DNA from: Octopus bimaculoides
Lineage: Eukaryota
Direction of reading: 5' to 3'
DNA: 64,000 bases
NCBI RefSeq assembly: GCF_001194135.2
Contig: NC_068986.1
Location: forward strand, 13,501,302 to 13,565,301
This document shows, piece after piece, positions 48,147 through 61,310 of this stretch; the first letter of the stretch is position 1; the number at the start of each line of letters is the position of its first letter. The notes beneath the pieces are model-generated. The model saw nothing but the letters and a program-made list of their open reading frames with translations. It was not told the origin of the DNA and made no database searches. The translations under genes were made by a program, and so were the position numbers.

Positions 48147-49464
48147 ACACATATATATACATACACATACATAGACACACACACACACACACACATATAT
48201 TTGCATACACATGCACAGACGCACATGCACACACAGATATAAGGATATGCACACATGCAAATATGCCAGTGCAACCAACCAATGAACCAACAGACTATTG
48301 ACCATTACTGCTACGACGACGACGATGATGACCATCACTGCCAACACTACTACCATTACCACCACCACCACCACCACCACCATTACCACCAATCACCACC
48401 ACTGTCCTCCCACTACCACATCAGCAATAACAGCAATTATCACCAACCACAAACAACCACCACCTTTACCCTCACCACCAACACTGCTGCTGCTGCCACC
48501 ACCACCGCTACCTCTGCTACACCACTACAATACCACCACCACCACAACCACCAACAATTAACAGCAGCCACCTCCCTCAGAAATCTAGGCACAGCACTTC
48601 CCTACTCTCGTCGAATCAACACCACCAGTCACTAACTCAATAACCAACCGTCTAACTGGCCTACAAGACACCGTCCCTCGTGTTTTCTGTTTGTTTTATG
48701 CGTAAACAATAAGCGTCCAGTTGGATGTGAAACATTTTGGACAAACATCTTTCCCTTAGCAACTGGGACCCACATCACTTCACCCAAATTCACACTCAGG
48801 CATGCGGCAGCTGGCCTTCACTCTGTTTGTTTAAGCAGTGTGTGTGTATATGTGTGTGTATCCTTGTTTATGTATGTAGCTATGTAGGTATGTATATGAA
48901 TGAGTATGCTTCTATATTCATACACATACATGTGTGTGAGTATACAGTATAATCATGTATGTGTATGTATTGTATACTCTGACATATATACATGTATGTG
49001 TATATGCATGTATGTTTGTATTTATGTATGTATGCATGTATGTATGTGTGCATATATGTGTATGTATATATGTATATATATGTCTGTATGTATGTATATG
49101 TGCATGTATGTATGTGTGCGTATATGAATATGTATGCATGTATGTATATATATTTGTATGTATGTATGTGTGCATGTATGTATATACTAGCTGACGTACC
49201 TGGTAATTGCTGGGAAAGTGGGGCTTATCCTTTAGTTCTGTTCTCATAATTGTTTCGTTAATCCAATAACAACAATACAAAGTATGTAGTTCTTCAAATA
49301 GTTTTTGTGCATTTACAGAGAATACCTAAATATTTTACACAGGATCTTGTTTTTAGNNNNNNNNNNTATGTATGTATATGTGCATGTATGTATGTGTGCG
49401 TATATGAATATGTATGCATGTATGTATATATATTTGTATGTATGTATGTGTGCATGTATGTATA

Positions 49465-50285
49465 TACTAGCTGACGTACCTGGTAATTGCTGGGAAAGTG
49501 GGGCTTATCCTTTAGTTCTGTTCTCATAATTGTTTCGTTAATCCAATAACAACAATACAAAGTATGTAGTTCTTCAAATAGTTTTTGTGCATTTACAGAG
49601 AATACCTAAATATTTTACACAGGATCTTGTTTTTAGGAATTCCCAATAAGTTGCAAATACCCAAATTGGGAAGTCAGTAATAACATGAAATTAGTTACCC
49701 GATAGTAAGAATTCAAATAAAGTACCCCCGAAAAGGGCGTTAATGCATTCCCAGTGTATATAGAACATAGTAGGAAATATTAATAAGGTATGTATATTAA
49801 AATCTTGAAGCATGTTACGTAATAAGAGGCTAATCAGATATGAGATAATAACAATTCAAAGTAAATAACTGAAAAGGGCTTTTGTGTGTTCCCAGAGAAT
49901 ATTACCTTCAGGGGCACTAGCGTTGGTATATTTGTGAATAAGTCACTAACCGAAATAAGTGGATCCACTTGTTTAAGGGTTGTACTGGATAAATTGCGAA
50001 AATAACTCTAACAGTTCCAATACTAAGAAATAAGCATACTCAATTTGATTTATACCAAATAATTTAGGAAAATGAATGGGTTATTTCCCTTGGTTATATA
50101 TAAGGATCCTTTCTAGGGACCTTGTTATTGAGTTTTTCAACAATCTGAGTATGCCATGAGGTTTCCAGACATGAGCTCTACTCACATGTCAAGTTTCATC
50201 AAAATCAATAAAATGATGTAGGAGAAGTTAGCTAACAACTCCACAAACACACTCACAGACAGAATTTCCCACATATGTAGTAGAT
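49465..50285 (+). mobile_element. Non-autonomous Helitron-type element (Lep1/HINE-like ends)
   Basis: Starts TACTAGCTGACGTACC, ends AAGTTTCATCAAAATC...ACAGACAGAATTTCC...GTAGTAGAT. The 5' part at 49187 is a gap-flanking duplicate. Confidence 0.5.
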
Positions 50286-52239
50286 ATGTATTCATGAATG
50301 TATATATATGTATGTATATATGCATGTATGTGTGTATATGTATGTATGTATGTATGTGTGTATGTATGTATATGTATGCGTGTATGTATATGTATGTATG
50401 TATATATGTTTATGTGTATGTGTGTGTATGTATGTATGTATATATAGGATAGCTGCGTGANNNNNNNNNNNNNNNNNNNNNNNNNNNNNNNNNNNNNNNN
50501 NNNNNNNNNNNNNNNNNNNNNNNNNNNNNNNNNNNNNNNNNNNNNNNNNNNNNNNNNNNNNNNNNNNNNNNNNNNNNNNNNNNNNNNNNNNNNNNNNNNN
50601 NNNNNNNNNNNNNNNNNNNNNNNNNNNNNNNNNNNNNNNNNNNNNNNNNNNNNNNNNNNNNNNNNNNNNNNNNNNNNNNNNNNNNNNNNNNNNNNNNNNN
50701 NNNNNNNNNNNNNNNNNNNNNNNNNNNNNNNNNNNNNNNNNNNNNNNNNNNNNNNNNNNNNNNNNNNNNNNNNNNNNNNNNNNNNNNNNNNNNNNNNNNN
50801 NNNNNNNNNNNNNNNNNNNNNNNNNNNNNNNNNNNNNNNNNNNNNNNNNNNNNNNNNNNNNNNNNNNNNNNNNNNNNNNNNNNNNNNNNNNNNNNNNNNN
50901 NNNNNNNNNNNNNNNNNNNNNNNNNNNNNNNNNNNNNNNNNNNNNNNNNNNNNNNNNNNNNNNNNNNNNNNNNNNNNNNNNNNNNNNNNNNNNNNNNNNN
51001 NNNNNNNNNNNNNNNNNNNNNNNNNNNNNNNNNNNNNNNNNNNNNNNNNNNNNNNNNNNNNNNNNNNNNNNNNNNNNNNNNNNNNNNNNNNNNNNNNNNN
51101 NNNNNNNNNNNNNNNNNNNNNNNNNNNNNNNNNNNNNNNNNNNNNNNNNNNNATATGTATATACGTATGTTTTTGGCTATTATGCTACGTGTATGTGTAT
51201 GTATTTTGTATGTCTCTATGTATGTAATATATGTATGCTTGTCTGCTTCTATGCTGTGTGTGTATGCACATGTATATCTCTGTATGCTTTTGTGTATCTG
51301 TATATATATGTGTGTGTGTGTGTGTATGTATGTATATGTGCATATCTATGTGTTGATGTATGTTTGTGTGTATGCATTTTTATATATATATATTTATGTT
51401 TGTATGTGTGAGTTTGGAGGTGGGTATACATTTGCGTGCGCGTGCGTGTGCATGTGTGTGTGTGTGGTGGAGTAGAGAGTGTTTGTCTTGGTAGTACCTG
51501 CTCGAGCATGTCCGAATGTTTGTCCTGGATCTGAAACTTTGGGACAGAGACAGTTGATGTTGCTCCCTGTATCACTACCCCCCACTAATCATTACCGCCG
51601 CTGCTGCCACCACCACCACCACCACTGCCGATGTCACCATTACCACTACCATTACCATCTCTTTCACCATCACCACTGCTGCCACCATCACCACTGCCAC
51701 TACCATCACTGCCAATCACCACCACCATCACAGCCACCACCACCACCACCACCACCACCACCACCACNNNNNNNNNNNNNNNNNNNNNNNNNNNNNNNNN
51801 NNNNNNNNNNNTACTACTACTACCACCACCACCACCACCACCACCAATCACTACTGCTACCATCACTACCACCACCACCCCTTCCACCCCCCAAATTATA
51901 TAAAATACCAATCATATATATTGTTTTCACTGGCATTTTATTATATTGGCCCTGAAGCATTGAAAATCAAAGTTGACTTTGATTGGATTTGAACTCAGAA
52001 TATAAAGAGTTGGAACAGATACTCCATTGCAGATGCGTGGAATATTCTCTCTCACTCTTGTCAGATCATTTTGTGACGAGGATGGTGGAGGAGATTATTC
52101 CTTGCAGTAAAGTATTTAAATCTCCTTCATCAAACTATCTCGACATGTGAGACACAGCAGCTAAAGCTCACTCAAATCATACCCTTAACATGTTAAGTTA
52201 AAAGGATACTTCATCATCTTTTAATCTCTGCTTTTAATC

Positions 52240-52430
52240 TTTTAATCTCTATGTTGACATGCCTTGGACAGTTTGACAGGATCTGGTGAACCTCATGTCT
52301 GTGTTGAGCTCTAATGTCAGCTTTGGTCAGTTTCTATGGCTGGATGCCCTTCCTGAAGCCAATCGCTTTACAAACAATACTGGATGCTTTTTATGAAGCA
52401 CCAGCACTAGTGAGGTTGCCAAGTAATTTG
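52240..52430 (-). mobile_element. RTE LINE tail, degenerate
   Basis: GGCTGGATGCCCTTCC motif. Confidence 0.65.
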
Positions 52431-54039
52431 CAAGATATAACTGTTTGATTAAAGGATCAGGGGTGCCCCCATCCCTGCTTAAGAAAATAGTGCGCCCTTC
52501 TAAATAATGTTATTATGACCTTTTCCTCAGGAATTGTATTTCCTTTAGGCCGTGTGTTCTCCCTTTGAAAAATTCCTGGGGCTGTCTGAAGATGGTGGTC
52601 ACATGTCTTGAAGCTTGTTTATTCCTGGGTCTGCTCATTTAGGTACAACCTAGGGTTAAATGACAATTTGGTGTCTTTTAAAATGGAAACTGCAGGATTT
52701 AAGTCCTACATGCCATCCTCCTCCCCATTCTGCATCACCACCGCCATCACCATCATCATGTTGTTTCAGCCACCATTGCCTTAGAACCATGACCACTACT
52801 AATGCCATTGCTACTGGGTGGCACAAAAGGTCATGAAGGGGTCTGAAATTTTTTTCCTTCACTTTCCATAGCCATTGGACTGTGGTCATGCTGGGGCACC
52901 ACCTAGAATGGTTTAGTTGAACAAATCAACTCTAATGCTTATATTTTAAAGTCTGGCGCTAGTTCTATTGTCAATCTCTTTTGGTGAATCCCTAAGTTAT
53001 AGGAGCATAAACAAACCCACACCAGATGACATGCACGAACACACACACACCCACACACACACACAGCAGGCTTCCACATAGATTCTATCTACAAAATTCA
53101 CTCCCAAGGCATTGATCAGTCTGGAGTTATAATAAAAGACACTTTCCCAAGGTGCCATGAAGTGGGAGTTGCAAAGTGAGCTATTTAATCACATGCTTCT
53201 GCCTGCTTTTGTATTTTTGTGGCTGTGTGGTAAGAAGTTTGCTTCCAAACCACATGGTTATAGGTTCAGTTTCATGGTGCTTATTATGTGCCACCAGCAT
53301 GGGTACCATATNNNNNNNNNNNNNNNNNNNNNNNNNNNNNNNNNNNNNNNNNNNNNNNNNNNNNNNNNNNNNNNNNNNNNNNNNNNNNNNNNNNNNNNNN
53401 NNNNNNNNNNNNNNNNNNNNNNNNNNNNNNNNNNNNNNNNNNNNNNNNNNNNNNNNNNNNNNNNNNNNNNNNNNNNNNNNNNNNNNNNNNNNNNNNNNNN
53501 NNNNNNNNNNNNNNNNNNNNNNNNNNNNNNNNNNNNNNNNNNNNNNNNNNNNNNNNNNNNNNNNNNNNNNNNNNNNNNNNNNNNNNNNNNNNNNNNNNNN
53601 NNNNNNNNNNNNNNNNNNNNNNNNNNNNNNNNNNNNNNNNNNNNNNNNNNNNNNNNNNNNNNNNNNNNNNNNNNNNNNNNNNNNNNNNNNNNNNNNNNNN
53701 NNNNNNNNNNNNNNNNNNNNNNNNNNNNNNNNNNNNNNNNNNNNNNNNNNNNNNNNNNNNNNNNNNNNNNNNNNNNNNNNNNNNNNNNNNNNNNNNNNNN
53801 NNNNNNNNNNNNNNNNNNNNNNNNNNNNNNNNNNNNNNNNNNNNNNNNNNNNNNNNNNNNNNNNNNNNNNNNNNNNNNNNNNNNNNNNNNNNNNNTAATG
53901 AAAATATAAATCAGAATGGTTTCAACCTTGCTGTGAAATCTTAAGTTTGTTAATTAAGTCGTCATTATTTAATAATCTAAAGCAGGTGTTAAGTGATTTT
54001 AATTATAGAATCTATTACACTGCCTCAATGGCTCTTCTA

Positions 54040-54610
54040 ATTAAATGCTTTCTTTCTCTTCTCCTTCTCTCTCTTCTTTCCCTGCCACTTTTAGTCCTCT
54101 CCCTCCTCTTTTTCTTTCTTCTCCTCCCCCTCTTCTTCCCCTCCTCTCTTTCCTTCTCCTCCCTTCCTTTCCCTTCTCTCCCTTTCCTCCCTTCTCTCCT
54201 CTCCTCCCTTCTCTCCTCTCCTCCCTTCTCTCCCTCTCCTCCTTCCCTCTTTTCTTTTCCTCTCTTTTCATCTCCTCCCCACTTCTCTCCCTCTCCTCTT
54301 TCTTCTCCCCATCTTCTCTCTTTTGTTCTCCTCCCCTCTTCTCTTCCTTTCTCCTTTTTCCTCCCCTTTTCCCTTCCCCTTCCCTTCTTCTCTCCCTCTC
54401 TTCTCTTTTCTTCTCATGTTGCCTCCTCCTCCTCCCTATCTTTTTCCACTCTTCTCATCCTCTCTTCTTTACTCTTTCCCTCCCCTCCAGCAACTCCTGC
54501 TTATCTTTTTCTCTCTCCATACTCCTTCTCTTTTCTTCTCTCCCACTTTTTCTCATCCCCTCTTCTCCCCTTCGTCTCCCTCTTCTCCCCTTCATCTCCC
54601 TCTTCTAAAC
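54040..54610. repeat. ~570-bp homopyrimidine (CT-rich) tract
   Basis: Direct reading. Confidence 0.9.
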
Positions 54611-54749
54611 ACTACTCACTAACAGTTATTTGCTTTTATAAAAAACATAATAAAAAATCAAACAAAGAAAAATGCAAAAACCAGAGTCCAAGACAAGGAT
54701 CATTAATGGCCTTATCTTGTTAGCAATATTTCTCAATGAGGTACAATGG

Positions 54750-54978
54750 TGAGACAGCAGAACCGTTAGCACACCAGGCGAAATGCTTTGGCATTTTGTC
54801 TACCTTTACTTTCTGAGTTCAAATTCCACCAAGGCCATCTTTGCCTTTCATCCCAATCAGGGTCAATAAAGCAGATATGAAGCTACCAGTTGCACACTGG
54901 GCGGTGCAGGGCGGGATTTGATGTAATCAATTTACCCCCTTCCACCGAAATTGCTGGCCTTGTGCCAACATTTGAAAC
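54750..54978 (+). mobile_element. SINE A
   Basis: Consensus match. Confidence 0.75.
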
Positions 54979-55006
54979 CATTATTATACAGACACCTCGG
55001 CTGGAG

Positions 55007-55054
<48 letters not shown>

Positions 55055-55444
55055 TGAGTAAATTGCAGACGATATTGCATCAACAGGAACACCAAGTGCA
55101 GTGGAATCGGTGCAGTTATTGATTTCTCTTGATTTACAAGAACAAATTATGTGACACAATACACCAAGGAGTCATCTAAGAATTAAATCGACTGTATCCA
55201 AGATTATTGGTTGACTAAGTCAGTCGACACCTCTTCTGCAATTTTCTTTGTTATGGCATTGAAGGAAATCAATAGGTAGAGATGTTATAGCATTGGACTA
55301 CAAGAAACACTTTGTGACATTTTTGTCGGTTGTTTGTGTTTCTGAGTTCAAATCCAGTCAAGGTCACCTTTACATTTCATGCTTCATATGTTTTTGCATC
55401 TGTTTTGTTCATGCTTTGTATGGGTTTGATGAGTATAATCCTCC

Positions 55445-56110
55445 TCATCGTCATTATTGTTTAATGTCTGTTTTCCATGTTGGCATGGGTTGGACAGTTT
55501 GACTGAAGGCTGGCAAGCCAGGAGGGTGCGACAGGCTCCAATCTGATCGGGCAAAGTTTCTATACTTGGATGCCCTTCCTAATACCAACCACTCCGAGAA
55601 TGTAGTGGGTGCTTTTTATGTGCCACTGGCACGGGGGCCAGTCATGTGGCACTGGCATCGACCACACTCAAATAGTGCTTTTTACGTGTCACTGGTACAA
55701 GACCAGTTAGGGGGCACTGGCAGCAACTAAGCTTGCATGGTGCCTTTTACGTGCCACTGGCACGGGAGTCAGTCGGGCAGCACTGGCATCTACTACGCTT
55801 AAATGGAGCTTTTTACGTGCCAGTTAGGTGACACTGACATCAACCATGACTACAATTTCACTTGACTCAGCAAGTCTTCTCAAGCACAGCATATTGCCTG
55901 ACGATTGAAGGGTGCTTTTAAATGGGCCGGTTATACGATACTGGCATTGGCCACATCTACAACCTCGCTTGACTTGCCAGGTCTTCTCAATCGCAGCATA
56001 TCTCCAAAGGTCTTGGTCACTTGTCATTGCTTCTGTAAAGCCCAACATTCGAAGGTCGTGCTTCACCACCTCATCCCATGTCTTCCTGTGTTTACGTCTT
56101 CCATAGGTTC
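55445..56110 (-). mobile_element. RTE LINE 3' fragment
   Basis: GRRKHRKTWDEVVKHDLRMLGFTEAMTSDQDLWRYAAIEK, then UTR repeats and tail. Confidence 0.85.
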
Positions 56111-56124
56111 TGGTTTCGAATTTT

Positions 56125-56540
56125 AGCACAAGACCAGCAATTTCAGAGAGGGGGATAAGTTGATTACATCAACTCCAGTGCACAACTGGTACTTATTTTA
56201 TTGACCCCAAAAGGATGACAAGTAATGTTGACCTCAGAGGAATTTTGTCTTAGAATGTATAAACAGATGAAAGACTGTTAAGCATTTTGTCTGATTTAGC
56301 CAGCTTGCCGTCATATGTTTTAAGTATGTATTTCTTTATTGCCCACTGGGGGCTAAACATAGAGGGGACAGAAAAGGACAGACAAAGGGATTAAGTCGAT
56401 TGCATTGACCTCAGTATGCAACTGGTACTTAATTTATCAGCCCCAAAAGGATGAAAAGCAAAGTTGACCTTGGTGGAATTTGAACTCAGAACGTAACAGC
56501 AGATGAAATACTACTAAGCAATTTGCCCGACGTGCTAACG
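56125..56540 (-). mobile_element. Two adjacent SINE A copies (tail types 1 and 2)
   Basis: 56125-56310 and 56325-56540. Confidence 0.8.
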
Positions 56541-56689
56541 ATTCTGCCAGCTCACTGCCCCTCATATGTCTTAAATATTGCTTGCTTTCATGTTTTGGCA
56601 GAAGGCCAGTAATTGGATGGTGGGGGTGGAGGTGTAAGTCAATTCCATTGATCCCAATCCTTGGACGGTATTTTTTTTATTGACCCTTT

Positions 56690-57100
56690 TGGAGTGGTTG
56701 GCATTAAGAAGGGGCATCCAGCAGTAGAAAATAATCCAAAATCAAACTGGAGCCTGATATAACTTTGCAGCTTACCAGTTCCAGTCAAACTGTTTACTCC
56801 ATGCCAGAATGGAAAATGGATGCTAAATGAGGACGATATGTGTGTGTGTATGTGTGTGTGTATGTGTGTGTGTGCGCATCTGTATTTGTTCCTCCTGTCT
56901 GTTAACAACTGACGTTGTTTTGTTTATGTCCCCACAACATAGTAGTTTGGCAAAGAGAACAAACAGAATGAGCACCAGACTTTAAAATAAGTATTTTGAT
57001 CGATTTGTTTGACTCAGCCTTTCAAGGGGGTAGGAATGGATGCGGCAGCAACAAGGCTGCAATCCAATAACCGAAGCGAGTAAAAGATCAATGGTAATTC
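56690..57100 (+). mobile_element. RTE tail followed by a SINE D module
   Basis: GGAGTGGTTGGCATTAAG... to ~56835, then D-like GTTAACAACTGACGTTG... Confidence 0.65.
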
Positions 57101-57592
57101 TTCTGCTTAATTGCTTCGTAAGCTCTGATGAAATCCAGCATCTCATCTACGTTACTGTAAAAAAACGAAGGCAAAGCAAAACAAACTAGAAAAGCAACAG
57201 AGAGCATAGTAAACAACAACAACAACATAATAAATAAATAAAGAAGTAAAAAAAAAAACTAGGTCATGTGACCTAGCTAGATATGGTTTAATTTCGGTTA
57301 AGTAATGTCTTGGCAATATCGCAGAAATATTAGGAGCTGTTTTACCAAAGAATGTCTGCCAATGAAACTCTCTTCTTCTCAGTATGACTGAGAAGACATT
57401 ATTGATCTTCCATCTTAAATTTTTGGTGTTATTTGATGTCAAGGAACCATATCGAGAAAAATTTGGTTGCCATACATTGGTGTTTTTTGTTCCTTTTTTG
57501 TGTTTTTTTTCTTTGCCCTTTCTAAAATAGATTGAACTAGTATTTTGTAAGTGCTAAGAATTAAAATTCCTATCCATTAGTTGTCTAGACTC

Positions 57593-57650
<58 letters not shown>

Positions 57651-57675
57651 GTTATTATTATTGTTGTTATTATTA

Positions 57676-57865
57676 AGCAGTGAGCTGGCAGAATTGATAG
57701 CATGTCAAATAAAATGCTTAGCAGTATTTTGCCTGTCTTCACATTCTGGGTTCAAATTGCATCAAAGTTGACTTTGCCTTTCATCCTTTCGGGGTCGATA
57801 AATTAAGTACCAGTGAAACACTGGGATTGATTTAATTGAATTGTCCTCTCCCCACAAATTTTAGG
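57676..57865 (+). mobile_element. SINE A after (ATT)n
   Basis: Consensus match. Confidence 0.85.
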
Positions 57866-57944
57866 AAAGTCCACCATCATCAATTCATCATTTTTTCCAA
57901 TAAAATAGTTTTTAGCTATTAATGGTGCGATACTATATATATAT

Positions 57945-58830
57945 ATTCTCTTTTTCTCTTTTACTTGTTTCAGTCATTTGACGGCGGCCATGCTGGAGCA
58001 CCGCCTTTAGTCGAGCTAGTCGACCCCGGGACTTATTCTTTGTAAGCCTAGTACTTATTCTATCGGTCTCTTTTGCCGAACCGCTAAGTGACAGGGACAT
58101 ANNNNNNNNNNNNNNNNNNNNNNNNNNNNNNNNNNNNNNNNNNNNNNNNNNNNNNNNNNNNNNNNNNNNNNNNNNNNNNNNNNNNNNNNNNNNNNNNNNN
58201 NNNNNNNNNNNNNNNNNNNNNNNNNNNNNNNNNNNNNNNNNNNNNNNNNNNNNNNNNNNNNNNNNNNNNNNNNNNNNNNNNNNNNNNNNNNNNNNNNNNN
58301 NNNNNNNNNNNNNNNNNNNNNNNNNNNNNNNNNNNNNNNNNNNNNNNNNNNNNNNNNNNNNNNNNNNNNNNNNNNNNNNNNNNNNNNNNNNNNNNNNNNN
58401 NNNNNNNNNNNNNNNNNNNNNNNNNNNNNNNNNNNNNNNNNNNNNNNNNNNNNNNNNNNNNNNNNNNNNNNNNNNNNNNNNNNNNNNNNNNNNNNNNNNN
58501 NNNNNNNNNNNNNNNNNNNNNNNNNNNNNNNNNNNNNNNNNNNNNNNNNNNNNNNNNNNNNNNNNNNNNNNNNNNNNNNNNNNNNNNNNNNNNNNNNNNN
58601 NNNNNNNNNNATATATACCCTTCTCTCTCTCTGGGAGAGGCACAAGCACATACACAGACATATATACACATGGTAGTAACTTCCGCCTACCAAATTCAAT
58701 CACAAAGCTTCGGTCGGCCTGGGGCTATAGCAGAAGACACTTGCCCAAGGTGCCACGCGGTGGGACTGAACCTGAAACCATGTAGCTGGGAAGCAAGCTT
58801 CCTAACCACACATCCATGCCCGCGCCTACA
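57945..58830 (-). mobile_element. SINE B-D split by a gap
   Basis: D at 57945-58100, B at 58672-58830. Confidence 0.8.
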
Positions 58831-59089
58831 CACACACACGCACACACATATATATATATGTGTGTGTGTGTGTACATATGTATATTTTCTAGGTGAACTT
58901 TCCTCATGGTGAATTAATGGTGGTGAACTTGTAATCGATAAGAAAAGGGTTAAAGCTGTTGATACCAACCCACCAGAGACTGCCCTAGTTCTAGGACAGA
59001 AACTTGTTCTCTTAAAGTGATCCAAATCAAAACTTTGCACCAAAATTCCATGCTGTGTTCCAAACATCAGCTTAATACCGACTAAGTCA

Positions 59090-59180
59090 TCATCATCATC
59101 ATCATCATCATTATTTAGTGTCCGTTGTTCATGCTGGCATGGGTTGGACAGTTTGATTGGTCTGGCACACTCGAAGGCTG
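59090..59180 (-). mobile_element. RTE tail, short
   Basis: (CAT)n...CATGCTGGCATGGGTTGG. Confidence 0.65.
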
Positions 59181-60754
59181 CACAAACACACACAAACATA
59201 CACAAACACGCACACACACACACAAGCACACATACACAAGTGCACACACACAAGCACACACAAGCACATGCACACACAAGCACAGATTTATATATATGAT
59301 GGGCTTCTTTCAGTTTCCATCCCCTAACTCCACTCACAAGGTTTTTGTGGTTAGGAAGCAAGTTTCTTACCAAAAAGTCAACTGAAACAGACGCAGTACA
59401 TTTAAACAAAAATACAAAAGAAAGGGTTAATATTCCTTGAAAACATCCTAGTCATGAATGAAATTATAAATAAAAGAATGCTTCTCTCCCTGAAATCACT
59501 GACCTTGCCCTCGTAAATCCTCCTAATTATGCATTTGTCTTCCTTCGTTTCTCTCAGCAGACTGTTCATGCATGGAAACCTGATAGAATGTAATTAACGT
59601 GTAACTACCACAAAGTCTGTTTTGGTTTATAATTTCGCTGGTGGTAAGTGATGTGTGTGGTGGAAGTGGCAATGGGGCCTTTAGTGTTTTGATGGTGTTG
59701 TTATTGGTGTTGGTGGCGATGGTGGGCATTTTGTGTTTTGTGGTGCATTTCTTGTGTTCTTTTTTCATCCTTCCATTTTTGGTTGTCTTCCTGTCAATTC
59801 CACACCGTCCCCACCGCTTCAGCCATGATCCAATCGCTTCACCAAATCTGCTGGATAACCTAAAACATCTTGTAAGGCCTCAGGTTGTTGCTGTTATTGT
59901 TGTTGTTGTTGTTGCTGCTTAACCTAAGTCACTCCTCATTCAGCAGATCCTGTGTTCAAAAATATTCCAACCATGACCATCCTGTAATTATTTTACTTCA
60001 GATGTAGTTTAACTGGACTATATATATATATATATATATATATATCTGTTACTTTTGAGCAAAATGGGTCTTGAGGAAGATTTGGCTATTGTTTCTCGTA
60101 GTTCAGGCGACCACTTATGAGGCACTGTCTTACTGGCTTGTGGTGGTAGTGGTAGAGATTAGGTAAATGTGCTTCCAAACGCCCCTACCTCTCCGCTGGT
60201 CCCCCCACACCAATACATGGTCGGATGGGTAGATGGGTGCTGTAAGGAAGCTTTGATTAAAATATTAGGGGTGTCCTCAGGAAGATAAGACTATACAAGG
60301 CATCTGACTCATGGATTCCTTCCTGAGGTATTTTTGGTGGTTGAGTGGGGGTGGACAGNNNNNNNNNNNNNNNNNNNNNNNNNNNNNNNNNNNNNNNNNN
60401 NNNNNNNNNNNNNNNNNNNNNNNNNNNNNNNNNNNNNNNNNNNNNNNNNNNNNNNNNNNNNNNNNNNNNNNNNNNNNNNNNTTTTGTTTGGATATTCTCC
60501 ATATTTCTTATATTTCGTTTGGATATATCCGTTATAAAGTATTGTGGAAGAGTGAAATACAAAAAAAAAAAAGAAAAAAAAATAGGTAATGCTAACCTAA
60601 ATTAAATACACTGAAGGATCTGGAGTTCAAGAACTGCTGAAGCCAAGTCTGTGATGGTTTTTTCTGTTTCCTTTTTATATATTTTTACTGTTTGTTTTTG
60701 GTCATTTTTGTTCATCATATTACTTTGGACAGGATTTGTAAAGTATATGTGGTA

Positions 60755-60788
<34 letters not shown>

Positions 60789-60790
<2 letters not shown>

Positions 60791-61310
60791 CATTGTTCAG
60801 CTTTATTTCAAGATTTCTTGCCAATACAGAAAGAGCTGGTTTCTAACCTAGATCCAAGGATCCAGCATTGGAATTTCAACATCAACAGAGTATGTATGCT
60901 TGTATGTGTGTGCGTGTATGTATGTGTTTGTATGTGTGTATGTATGTATGTATATGTATGCATGTATGTATGTATGTATGTATGTATGTATGTGTGTATG
61001 TATTTATGTATGTATGTATGAAATGTCATTGTTCAGTTTTATTTCAAAATTTCTTGCCAATAGAGAAAGAACCGGTTTCTAACCTAGATCCAAGGTTCTT
61101 TCACTGGAATTTAAACATCAACAACAGGGTATTTTTGTTTGTGTGTATGTATGTATGTATGTATGTATGCATGTATGCATGTATGTATGCATGTATGTAT
61201 GCATGTATACTCATGCATATAGTTGCATACGTAGGCATGTTTATATATACTTAAATCATAAACTTCTGGTTTTACAGAAGTTTTACAGATTTTTACAGTT
61301 CCAGTGATGT
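60789..61310 (-). mobile_element. Two tandem R4-clade 3' ends (subfamily of 11461-11948) in (CATA)n
   Basis: 60789-60890 and 61025-61310 match the 3' UTR ...CAAGAAATCTTGAAATAAA(G/A)CTGAACAAT. The second encodes ITGTVKICKT. Confidence 0.75.

Noticed and set aside
49088-49636. 270-bp direct repeat (similar case at 61160-61349 and 62140-62360)
   Set aside because: Gap-flanking overlap artefact
57124-57160. CTGATGA motifs at ~57124 and ~63123
   Set aside because: No stem II or GAAA follows, so not hammerheads
59540-59650. NAGNAG acceptor and GTAAGT donor suggesting an exon
   Set aside because: Stops in all three frames before the donor; no supporting context
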